This document shows, piece by piece, positions 29,401 to 37,342 of a stretch of 64,000 nucleotides of DNA. Origin of the DNA: a virus (taxonomy: Duplodnaviria; Caudoviricetes); the IMG/VR virus record IMGVR_UViG_3300032007_000079, positions 3,316 to 67,315 of that record; one strand, given 5' to 3'. Position numbers and translations under genes: made by a program. The notes beneath the pieces were generated by a model. That model was not told the origin of the DNA, made no database searches, and was given only the letters and a program-made list of their open reading frames with translations. Every line of letters begins with the position of its first letter. Within the stretch, counting starts at the first letter, position 1.

Positions 29401-32400
29401 TTAAAGTCTGATATCACTACGGGTTCTGCTAATGGTACTATTGCTGTTGCTGGAACAAATGTAGCTGTTAAAGGTTTGGCTTCTGGTGCATATGCCACTG
29501 CATATTCTCATCCGACAACTGCTGGTAATAAACACATTCCTAGTGGTGGTTCATCAGGTCAAGTATTGAAATATGGTGGATCCTCTGGTACTGCTACATG
29601 GGCTAATGAATATAGTTATACACATCCTGCATCTGGAGCAACTGCTGGTGATTATGGACCGAGTGCTGATGTAACTGGTACTAATAATACAACTATCAGT
29701 GTTCCTGCTATTACAGTTGATGCAAATGGTCATGTTACTAGCATTAGTAATAAGACATATACATCCAAAGATACTGTATATACACATCCTACCTCTGCTG
29801 GTAATAAACATATTCCTACTGGTGGATCTAGTGGACAGGTACTGAAATATTCTGCATCCGGTACAGCAGCTTGGGCTACACTGACGGCTGCTGATGTTGG
29901 TGCTGCTCCAAGTACGATCGATACTGGTGTTATGAGTGTTGCTACTGGTTCTACCAATGGTACTTTATCTGTAGATGGTACTGATGTGGCTGTTAAGGGG
30001 TTAGCATCTGGTGCTTATGCTGCAGCTTATTCCCATCCAAATTCTGGTGTAACTGCTGATACATATGGACCTACTGCAAACGTAACCGGTACTAATAATA
30101 CTACATTAACAGTTCCGGAAATTACTGTTGATGCACAGGGTCATATTACTGGGGTTACAGAAAGAACGTATACCTCTAAAGATACGACTTACTCTGCAAT
30201 GACGGCTAGTGAAGCAACTACTGGTACTGCTACCACTGCACGTTCTATTACTGCTAAAGTGTTACATGATAAGATTAAAGCAGTTGCTGACGCATCTGCT
30301 GCAGCTATAGATACTGGTGTAATGTCTGTTGCTACTGGTTCAACTAATGGCACATTATCTGTCGATGGTACAGATGTAGCTGTTAAGGGATTAGGCTCTG
30401 CAGCATATACTAATAGTACTGCTTATGCTGCTGCATCTCATGGTAATCATGTACCAACTACACAGACAGCAAGTAATAAGGTATTTTTACGTAATGACAA
30501 TACCTGGCAAACAGTAACACCTGCTAACATTGGTGCTGCTGCAGCTAGTCATACACATAACTATGCTGGTTCTTCCAGTGCTGGTGGTGTGGCTACTAGT
30601 GCTGCTAAATTATCTACAGCTAGTGCAATCGACGGTGTAAACTTTGATGGTACTGCTGCAATAACTCATTTTGGAACATGTAGTACTGCTGCTGCTACAG
30701 CTGCAAAGACAGTTGCATGTACATCATTTACATTGGTAACTGGTTCCAGAATCGTTGTTAAATTCACTGTAACAAATACTGCTGCAAGTCCAACATTGAA
30801 TGTTAATAGCACTGGTGCTAAAGCAATTCAGTATCGTGGTTCTGCTATCAGTGCTGGTTACCTTGCTGCTAATAGAACTTATGAATTTATATATGATGGA
30901 ACCAACTATCAGCTGGTTGGTGACTTAGATACAAATACCACTTATTCTGCTAATAATGGTGTCAGCTTGTCTGGCACTACATTTAGTAATAGTGGTGTAA
31001 GAAGTATTGAAACTGGTAGTACTAATGGCACTATCTCTGTTAATACTGGTGGTACATATGCTGAAGTAGCTGTTAAAGGTTTAGCATCTGGTGCTTATGC
31101 TGCGGCCTACTCTCATCCTACATCTGCTGGTAATAAACACATTCCAACAGGTGGATCTACTGGTCAGGTATTGAAGTATAGTGGATCTTCTGGTACTGCA
31201 AGTTGGGCTACATTAACTGCATCTGATGTTGGTGCATTAGCATCTAATGGAACAGCCGTTAAAGCTACAGCTGACGCTTCTGGCAATACTATTACTACTA
31301 CATATGCTACTAAGACCGAGATGAATGCTATTAATAAAAATACATCAAGGTCTGTTGAATATATTATTGGTACACAGACTGCCGCAACTAATGCATTTAC
31401 TGGTGTTACTGAAGATTCATCATTGTATGATGGCAAATGTATCAATTATTATTTACCATATGCAGGAACATCTTCTGGTGATACTCTGAATTTAACATTA
31501 GCTGATGGTACAACTACGGGTGCAAAGAATATTTATTTACTTGGTACAACAAAGCTTACTACTCATTTTGGTGCTGGACAGGTGTTTATGATGACCTATT
31601 CAGCAACTAAAGGTGCATGGTATTGCGGTAACTATGACAGCAACTCTAATACATACGATCGTACATTGCATAATAATAACGTTAAAGCAGCTACAGCTGT
31701 TACTGCTGGTACTGTTATCGTTGGTACATCAGCTGGATATAAGATGGCTGCGTCTGGCGTAACGTTTGATATCACATATCCAATATTATATGCATCTAAA
31801 GCAATAGCAGCGTCCGGTACAAATAATGCTACATATGATATTATGCCTGGTGTAAATCTCGCTACCACTAAATCTGGTTGGACTGGTACACAGTATGCTA
31901 CAGTTTATTTGGTAGGTACGTTATCAGGTGTAACATTTACTATTGATTCTGCTGTATTTACTACCACTGCTCCTTCAAGCGCTGATGGTAAAGTATATAT
32001 TCCAATCGGTGTAATGGATACTACAACTTTAGTATTCTTTAACCCGAGCAAAACAATATATCATTATACCAATGGTTCATTCCATGAATTAGATATGACT
32101 ACAGCTGCCACTGGTGGCTCTAATGGTACTATTAAAATTAATGGTACTGATGTAGCAGTCAAAGGATTAGCAAGTGGTGCATATGCTACTGCTTACAGCC
32201 ATCCAAATTCTGGTGCAACTGCAGGTAGTTATGGCCCAAGTGCTGATGCAAGCCCTGCACATGGTGCTGGATTCTCTGTACCATATGTAACGATAAATGC
32301 TCAAGGTCATGTTACAGCTGCAAGCACTAAGACCATTACATTACCTGCACAATATAGCCATCCAAACTCTGGTGCTACAGCAGGTAGCTATGGTCCTTCT

Positions 32401-34956
32401 GCAAATGCATCACCTGCACATGGTGCTGGATTCTCTGTACCATATGTAACGATAAATGCTCAAGGTCATGTAACTGCTGCATCTACCAAAACAATAACCT
32501 TACCTGCACAGTATGTACATCCTACAGGTGCTGGTAATAATCATATTCCAGCTGCTGGTGCTTCTGGTAATTTCTTAAAATGGTCATCAGCCGGTACAGG
32601 TAAATGGGAATCATTAACAAAGTCCGAAGTAACCACAGCACTTGGTTATACACCGCCTACAACCAATACTACCTATTCTGCATTTACAGCAGCTACCTCT
32701 TCTGCAGCTGGAGCAACCGGTTTAGTTCCTGCTCCCGCAAAAGGTAAACAAGACTCATTTTTAAGAGGTAATGCGACTTGGGCAACTGCTTCTGACATCA
32801 TTAATACATTATCAGAAGGATCTTCTCCAGCCCAACCTGCTGACTTTGTTGTATGCCAATACGCTGGTGGTGGTACCACTACAACGACGTATCATAGACG
32901 TCCTGTAAGTAAGGTCTTAGATGCGTTAACTAAAGCTCAGGTGACTACAGCTTTAGGTTATACTCCACCTACCACAAATACCACATATGCTGCTGGTACA
33001 GGTATTTCATTATCAGGTACTACATTTAGCAATAGTGGTGTAAGAAGTATTGAAACTGGTAGTACGAACGGTACTATCTCTGTTAATACTGGTGGTACAT
33101 CTGCTGAAGTAGCTGTTAAAGGGTTAGGTACTGCAGCGTATACTGCAAGCACTGCATATGCTGCTGCTTCACATGGTAATCATGTACCTACTACACAGAC
33201 AGCAAGTAATAAGATATTTTTACGTAATGACAATACATGGCAAACAGTAACACCTGCTAATATTGGTGCTGCTGCATCCAGTCATACTCATAGTTATGCT
33301 GGTTCTGCTAGTGTTGGTGGACCTGCAACAACTCTTGCTGGTACATATTCTGGTAGTGGTGGAGCATTGGCACCATCTGATGTTGCCGGTGGAAATGTTA
33401 AAGCTGCAATGATGAATAATCCTAAAGGATTATCTAAATTCCCAACATATGCTGATAGTATTTTGATGGATACGTATACTGGTTCCGATGTTCCTTGGGT
33501 AACAATGTTCTCCATTGTAAAACAGGATGCAAACCCTCGTGCATTTATTTCAGTTGGTGCTAAAGGTAATACAACCACATGGAAGTATTCTGCTGAACTG
33601 CTGACTGAAAATAGTACTTTAGATGCTACAAAGTTATCAGGTACTATTCCTGCCGGATGTTATACCAATACAACTTATTCTGCTGGTACTGGATTATCAT
33701 TATCAGGAACAACGATTAATCATGCTAGTAGCATAACTGCAGGGACTGCTGGTACATCCAGTGCAACATCTGGATCTACGTTAGCTGTACCCTATGTAAC
33801 ATACAATGCAAGTGGACATATTACAGCAGCTGGTACACACACCCACACTATATCAGGTTTCTTAACATCTCATCAGACTATTAAACAAAATGGTGTAACT
33901 GGTGCTACTGGTAATTGTTATGGTGCATGCTCTACTGCTGCTGCTACTGCAGCTAAAGTAGTATCTATTACAGCTGGCACTCCTACACTTGAAGCTGGCT
34001 TGAAAGTAACTGTTAAATTTGCAAATGCTAATACTGCAGGTACACCTACATTAAATGTTAATAGTTTAGGCGCTAAAAATATATTCCACAAAGGTGCACA
34101 AATAACTACTGGTGGAAATAAAGCATTGCTTGCAGGTGTTTGTGATTTTGTGTATGATGGAACCCAGTTTCATTTAGTTGGTAACTATATTGATTCAAAT
34201 ACTACGTATTCTGCTGGCACTGGTTTATCATTAACAAGTACTACATTTAATCATTCAAATAGTGTAACTGCAGGTACTGCTGGCACATCAAGTGCAACAT
34301 CTGGTTCCACACTAGCTGTTCCATATGTAACATATGATGCACAGGGTCATATTACCGCTACAGGTACTCATACACATACAGTGTCTGGTTTCTTAACAGC
34401 TCATCAGACTATTAAGCAAGATGCTGTTACTGGTGCTACTAGTAATAGATTTGGTACTTGTGCTACAGCAGCAGCTACGGCTGCTAAGGCAGTTTCTATC
34501 ACTGCTGGTACTCCTGCGTTGGAGGCTGGCTTGAAAGTAACTGTTAAATTCACATATGCCAATACTGCTAATAGCCCCACCTTAAATGTCAATAGCCTTG
34601 GTGCTAAGAAAATCTTCCATAATGGTGCTCAGATAACATCTGGTGCTAATAAAGCATTGCTTGCTGGTGCATGTGACTTCGTATATGATGGTACTCAGTT
34701 CCATCTGGTAGGTAACTACATTGATACCAATACCCAGACAGTAACTGGTGTCAAAGGTAATTCAGAATCGTCATATCGTACTGGAAATGTAAACATCACT
34801 GCTGCTAATATTGGTGCTGCTGCATCCAATCACAATCATAGTGGTGTATATACTCCATATGCTGCTAGCGTTGGTTCCAACCAGAAATTTATCTACACCA
34901 ATTCAAGCGGTGCATTAACTGCTGCTAACTTTGAAATTTGGGTAACTGATACCTAA
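26452..34956 (+). CDS. Giant modular tail fibre/adhesin-like protein (2834 aa)
   Basis: Ala/Thr/Ser/Gly-rich, at least seven repeat-module families, many HxH motifs. Confidence 0.82.
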   Translation: MSANTINVTPYRKESNGTMSEFRFASTGKLVDLADFVPYSNAEIANYDVDDIANVASTDDVDSAIKKLDGKVRILSRDKVNDVDLASVAKSGSYADLSNKPTIPTKVSDLTNDSGFLTDVSWDDIDDKPSSFTPSAHNHTSANVTALTGYAKAAAAGEIAASDSLNVALGKIQKTLDAKQNSGDVIAEATKATKDGSGNVITSTYATKEELSAIPKFGITVVDSLPATGDNATVYLVRTGDESGNLYTEYVYVNNKWEELGTQEVDLSNYATLDDLPTKLSDLTNDSGFITANGTVAHATTATSATKDSANNTINTTYIKGVTYSGHTVTVTKGDNTSTTFNTADTTYDAADGSHLGLVQIGANISSSNGIISLTQSNVTSALGYTPPRQDTTYDVFDGATETEAGTAGLVPAPGAGTQNKYLKADGSWDTPPIVTYDTMTAAEITAGTSTTARVVSAKVISDFVSDEIDDIDTGVMSVTTGSANGTISVDGSNVSVKGLGSAAYTASTAYAAASHNQASNTINAMTGYSKPSSTSAIGTSDTLNAAIGKLEKALDGKQASGSYAAASHTHPASDIVTMTGYSKPSSTSAIGTSDTLNAAIGKLEKALDGKQATLSDLTADELATGTATQSRTVTAKVIADYVADEIGDINTGVMSVVTGASNGSVAVDGTDVYVKGLGTAAYTNSTAYAAASHGNHVPTTQTASNKVFLRNDNTWQTVTPANIGAAAASHNQASSTINAMTGYSKPTSTSAIGTSDTLNAAIGKLEKALDDKAPSTIDTGVMSVTEGATNGTISVDGTDVPVHGLASGAYADAYVHPTTAGNKHIPSGGSSGQILKWSAAGTATWAAEYSYTHPTSAGNKHIPTGGATGNVLKYGGSSGTASWGTLTASDVGALASNGTAVRATADASGNTITTTYATKDEVSAIPKFAISVVDSLPDTGAASTIYLVTTGTETDNLYTEYIYVDDAWEKLGTQRVDLSGYALKSDITTGSANGTIAVAGTNVAVKGLASGAYATAYSHPTTAGNKHIPSGGSSGQVLKYGGSSGTATWANEYSYTHPASGATAGDYGPSADVTGTNNTTISVPAITVDANGHVTSISNKTYTSKDTVYTHPTSAGNKHIPTGGSSGQVLKYSASGTAAWATLTAADVGAAPSTIDTGVMSVATGSTNGTLSVDGTDVAVKGLASGAYAAAYSHPNSGVTADTYGPTANVTGTNNTTLTVPEITVDAQGHITGVTERTYTSKDTTYSAMTASEATTGTATTARSITAKVLHDKIKAVADASAAAIDTGVMSVATGSTNGTLSVDGTDVAVKGLGSAAYTNSTAYAAASHGNHVPTTQTASNKVFLRNDNTWQTVTPANIGAAAASHTHNYAGSSSAGGVATSAAKLSTASAIDGVNFDGTAAITHFGTCSTAAATAAKTVACTSFTLVTGSRIVVKFTVTNTAASPTLNVNSTGAKAIQYRGSAISAGYLAANRTYEFIYDGTNYQLVGDLDTNTTYSANNGVSLSGTTFSNSGVRSIETGSTNGTISVNTGGTYAEVAVKGLASGAYAAAYSHPTSAGNKHIPTGGSTGQVLKYSGSSGTASWATLTASDVGALASNGTAVKATADASGNTITTTYATKTEMNAINKNTSRSVEYIIGTQTAATNAFTGVTEDSSLYDGKCINYYLPYAGTSSGDTLNLTLADGTTTGAKNIYLLGTTKLTTHFGAGQVFMMTYSATKGAWYCGNYDSNSNTYDRTLHNNNVKAATAVTAGTVIVGTSAGYKMAASGVTFDITYPILYASKAIAASGTNNATYDIMPGVNLATTKSGWTGTQYATVYLVGTLSGVTFTIDSAVFTTTAPSSADGKVYIPIGVMDTTTLVFFNPSKTIYHYTNGSFHELDMTTAATGGSNGTIKINGTDVAVKGLASGAYATAYSHPNSGATAGSYGPSADASPAHGAGFSVPYVTINAQGHVTAASTKTITLPAQYSHPNSGATAGSYGPSANASPAHGAGFSVPYVTINAQGHVTAASTKTITLPAQYVHPTGAGNNHIPAAGASGNFLKWSSAGTGKWESLTKSEVTTALGYTPPTTNTTYSAFTAATSSAAGATGLVPAPAKGKQDSFLRGNATWATASDIINTLSEGSSPAQPADFVVCQYAGGGTTTTTYHRRPVSKVLDALTKAQVTTALGYTPPTTNTTYAAGTGISLSGTTFSNSGVRSIETGSTNGTISVNTGGTSAEVAVKGLGTAAYTASTAYAAASHGNHVPTTQTASNKIFLRNDNTWQTVTPANIGAAASSHTHSYAGSASVGGPATTLAGTYSGSGGALAPSDVAGGNVKAAMMNNPKGLSKFPTYADSILMDTYTGSDVPWVTMFSIVKQDANPRAFISVGAKGNTTTWKYSAELLTENSTLDATKLSGTIPAGCYTNTTYSAGTGLSLSGTTINHASSITAGTAGTSSATSGSTLAVPYVTYNASGHITAAGTHTHTISGFLTSHQTIKQNGVTGATGNCYGACSTAAATAAKVVSITAGTPTLEAGLKVTVKFANANTAGTPTLNVNSLGAKNIFHKGAQITTGGNKALLAGVCDFVYDGTQFHLVGNYIDSNTTYSAGTGLSLTSTTFNHSNSVTAGTAGTSSATSGSTLAVPYVTYDAQGHITATGTHTHTVSGFLTAHQTIKQDAVTGATSNRFGTCATAAATAAKAVSITAGTPALEAGLKVTVKFTYANTANSPTLNVNSLGAKKIFHNGAQITSGANKALLAGACDFVYDGTQFHLVGNYIDTNTQTVTGVKGNSESSYRTGNVNITAANIGAAASNHNHSGVYTPYAASVGSNQKFIYTNSSGALTAANFEIWVTDT
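28021..28763 (+). repeat. Three copies of an ~105-bp module (MTGYSKPxSTSAIGTSDTLNAAIGKLEKALD)
   Basis: Near-identical DNA at ~28021-28131, ~28186-28290 and ~28667-28763. Confidence 0.9.
28495..30536 (+). repeat. 134-bp exact direct repeat (28495-28628 and 30403-30536); a diverged third copy lies near 33155-33270
   Basis: Base-by-base comparison by eye shows identity. Confidence 0.9.
32194..32510 (+). repeat. Tandem duplication of a 53-codon module (YSHPNSGATAGSYGPSA...TITLPAQ)
   Basis: Two adjacent near-identical units. Confidence 0.9.
33676..34737 (+). repeat. Tandem duplication of a 177-codon (531-bp) unit
   Basis: Units start at 33676 and 34207 (YSAGTGLSL...FVYDGTQFHLVGNYID). Confidence 0.92.
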
Positions 34957-34966
34957 TACATAAAAT

Positions 34967-34999
34967 AAGATACAGACAGAATTAATCTGTCTGTATCTT
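34967..34999. terminator. Bidirectional terminator between convergent genes
   Basis: 14-bp perfect stem aagatacagacaga/tctgtctgtatctt with A/T-rich flanks. Confidence 0.8.
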
Positions 35000-35007
35000 T
35001 ATTATTG

Positions 35008-35589
35008 TTAAAATACAGTATACCACATCCTGAAATCAGTGACACGGATGTAGCATTGCGCTGGAACCTCTACATATCGATTACCTTTTTTAAGAGCATC
35101 TAATAGTAAAGGAGACTTATCCATGATGTGGAATTTTCCACAATCATCCATGATTTTAATTTTGGATTTATCCTCAGGGACGTCGCAGGCACACTTAGGA
35201 TAGAACCATGTGAGCCTAAACGAATTATAATCGGTAGATACAATGAGCCCCTTACGTACATCAGCAATTTTTGTTACAAACACTGTCCAACGCATATGGA
35301 TCTCAGTATCCATAAGACTTCTAGATACGTCCTCTTTGTATATACCTTTATCAGTAACCATGATAATACTATATACACGGGGATCATCAGTCTCAAAAGT
35401 CCTAAATGCGTAGTCTATTGCAAATGTATCATAATCATACTTATAAAAAGCTTCGATCTGATTGACTGTTGTCATCCAATCTGGTCTTTGTAATGATCTA
35501 TATAATGTATGTGAATTAAGGGAATAGTTACATGGAGCCTGGCCTTTAAGTAGCAACTCATATTTGCGAGGGTTGATAACCTTTTTCAT
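35008..35589 (-). CDS. Hypothetical protein
   Basis: Start moved to ATG 35589 (RBS AAGGGGGTG). Confidence 0.8.
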   Translation of the reverse strand: MKKVINPRKYELLLKGQAPCNYSLNSHTLYRSLQRPDWMTTVNQIEAFYKYDYDTFAIDYAFRTFETDDPRVYSIIMVTDKGIYKEDVSRSLMDTEIHMRWTVFVTKIADVRKGLIVSTDYNSFRLTWFYPKCACDVPEDKSKIKIMDDCGKFHIMDKSPLLLDALKKGNRYVEVPAQCYIRVTDFRMWYTVF

Positions 35590-35600
35590 GTCACACCCCC

Positions 35601-36347
35601 TTAGATATACCATACTGCAGGAATAGAATCCAGATGATATTTTTCATCCCACTGATTTAGTAGTTCGTTACGATCAGATTCAGCATTTTCCCATGCATCA
35701 ACTTTAAGATCCATTTGACCAAATGCTGTTTGTACTGTTGTATAGTAACGTAATGCATTCCATAGATATGCCTTTGTATCAAGCAACGCCAACTTATAGA
35801 ACGACTCACGTGCTGTCTCAGGTATTGTAAACAGTTCAGGATTGTGTGTGTATTGCAAATCCAAGTATACCTTATTATTGTATAGAACCTGATTGAATAT
35901 CTGGAACCTATTAGGTGGCAGGAATTCGAACGTTTGTGGTGGAACCATAGCAGATGATAAATTTGCTAAACCCTGACCAGTCGCAAGTACCTCATATGAA
36001 TCAATCGTCTCATACGATGATGTCATCATCATACCATTAAATTCTATATAAGGTCTAATATTATATATTGCAATCAGCCTTTGTTTAGGGAATATATCAG
36101 GGATTTGATATACATTCGATATCAGAGATGAATCATCCTGAGTATATCTATCTGATACGCGTAACTCATTAAGGTCTGCTATCATAGACCACTTGTATGG
36201 TACATATGTACTGAATACAGGTAACGTGGTATCTACAATTACATCCTGAAACAGTTCCTCATCAGTTACTGGTAGCTTTATGCTATATATACCAAGGCTC
36301 ATCTTTAACCGTTTAAGTAGGTGGGACTTGTCTCTAAACATAGCCAT
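35601..36347 (-). CDS. Probable neck/head-completion protein
   Basis: In an operon with the prohead protease; layout resembles gp13-type neck proteins (N-terminal helices, central beta region, C-terminal ALLDTKAYLW helix). Confidence 0.5.
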   Translation of the reverse strand: MAMFRDKSHLLKRLKMSLGIYSIKLPVTDEELFQDVIVDTTLPVFSTYVPYKWSMIADLNELRVSDRYTQDDSSLISNVYQIPDIFPKQRLIAIYNIRPYIEFNGMMMTSSYETIDSYEVLATGQGLANLSSAMVPPQTFEFLPPNRFQIFNQVLYNNKVYLDLQYTHNPELFTIPETARESFYKLALLDTKAYLWNALRYYTTVQTAFGQMDLKVDAWENAESDRNELLNQWDEKYHLDSIPAVWYI

Positions 36348-36357
36348 ACACCTCCAT

Positions 36358-37236
36358 TTACAGGTTATTGAGTTCGGTGAACATTACATCCATATCATGT
36401 GCAATATAATCTTCCAGGTTGATAACTAACGTGCTACCAGTTTCAGCATCACGTACAGATACCTGATGTTCATTAACAAATGTTACAAGATCACTGTTAC
36501 AGTTGAAGAAAGATGCTAATTCACGTACACGTTTAGACTCTTCTTTTACATAATCTAACGCTTCAAGTACACTGGATTCTTTTATCTGTGTAACCGTGTC
36601 TTCATACACATTACCTTCAGGGATATACGCCTCTGTAGTAACTGCACCTTCAGTTGTAGTCTTAACCAATGTTACTGGTACACTAGCATCTTGATATGCT
36701 TCTCTATGTGATGGAAGAATAACCCTATCATATGTAACGATATGTGGTTTAGTCTTGATTGTACCTGATCCATCTGCATTTTTAGTAATTGCAGCTAAAG
36801 CACGAAGACTAAATGATGCAAACATACCTTGCAGAATGTGTTTTGTAAACTGTTTACCCCACATATCATCATTCAGTGTGTCAATCGTCATATATAACAG
36901 ATTGCCTCTGAACTCAGGATTATACATGCGATGACATATTTTTGTTGGGTCAATACTTAGGATACGTTTAATATCATTACCTTCAGGATGGCCATTTTCA
37001 CCAACCCAAGTATTCTTACGGATAAGCTCTTGGATATGGTCAGCTTGCATAGCCTCCATCATAGGTCTTAGCATATAATTACGACGGTTTCTATTAAAAC
37101 AGTCGAATGACTGCATACATGCTTGGAAGGTAACAAAAAATTTACCTGGTTCATCCACAGCCTTTAATATTACAGGTTTCATGGGTTCCATAGCGGCTTC
37201 CATGATGATGTAACCAAGGGTATTTTCATTATTCAT
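36358..37236 (-). CDS. Prohead maturation protease (T4 gp21/phiKZ gp175-like)
   Basis: NRNRRNY, GENGHP, ICHR, SFSLRALA, IVTYDRVILPSH motifs; start ATG 37236. Confidence 0.85.
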   Translation of the reverse strand: MNNENTLGYIIMEAAMEPMKPVILKAVDEPGKFFVTFQACMQSFDCFNRNRRNYMLRPMMEAMQADHIQELIRKNTWVGENGHPEGNDIKRILSIDPTKICHRMYNPEFRGNLLYMTIDTLNDDMWGKQFTKHILQGMFASFSLRALAAITKNADGSGTIKTKPHIVTYDRVILPSHREAYQDASVPVTLVKTTTEGAVTTEAYIPEGNVYEDTVTQIKESSVLEALDYVKEESKRVRELASFFNCNSDLVTFVNEHQVSVRDAETGSTLVINLEDYIAHDMDVMFTELNNL

Positions 37237-37268
37237 AGTTGGGAAGTCCCCTTTCATGCAGTTAATAT

Positions 37269-37313
37269 TAATAACATGTGCCACTGATAGTTTACGTCTC
37301 GCACAGTATTGTA
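37269..37313. promoter_or_regulatory. Back-to-back late-type promoters (CACA-N6-TA on each strand)
   Basis: Minus strand CACA-tgttat-TA 37280-37269; plus strand CACA-gtattg-TA 37302-37313, between divergent head operons. Confidence 0.55.
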
Positions 37314-37342
37314 ATATCTATAGATAAGGGGGACGTCCCATT

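Noticed and set aside
24815-34956. Diversity-generating retroelement (template/variable repeat pair) in the fibre genes
   Set aside because: Differences between the repeat copies I compared are mostly synonymous and not adenine-specific; no reverse transcriptase in the window
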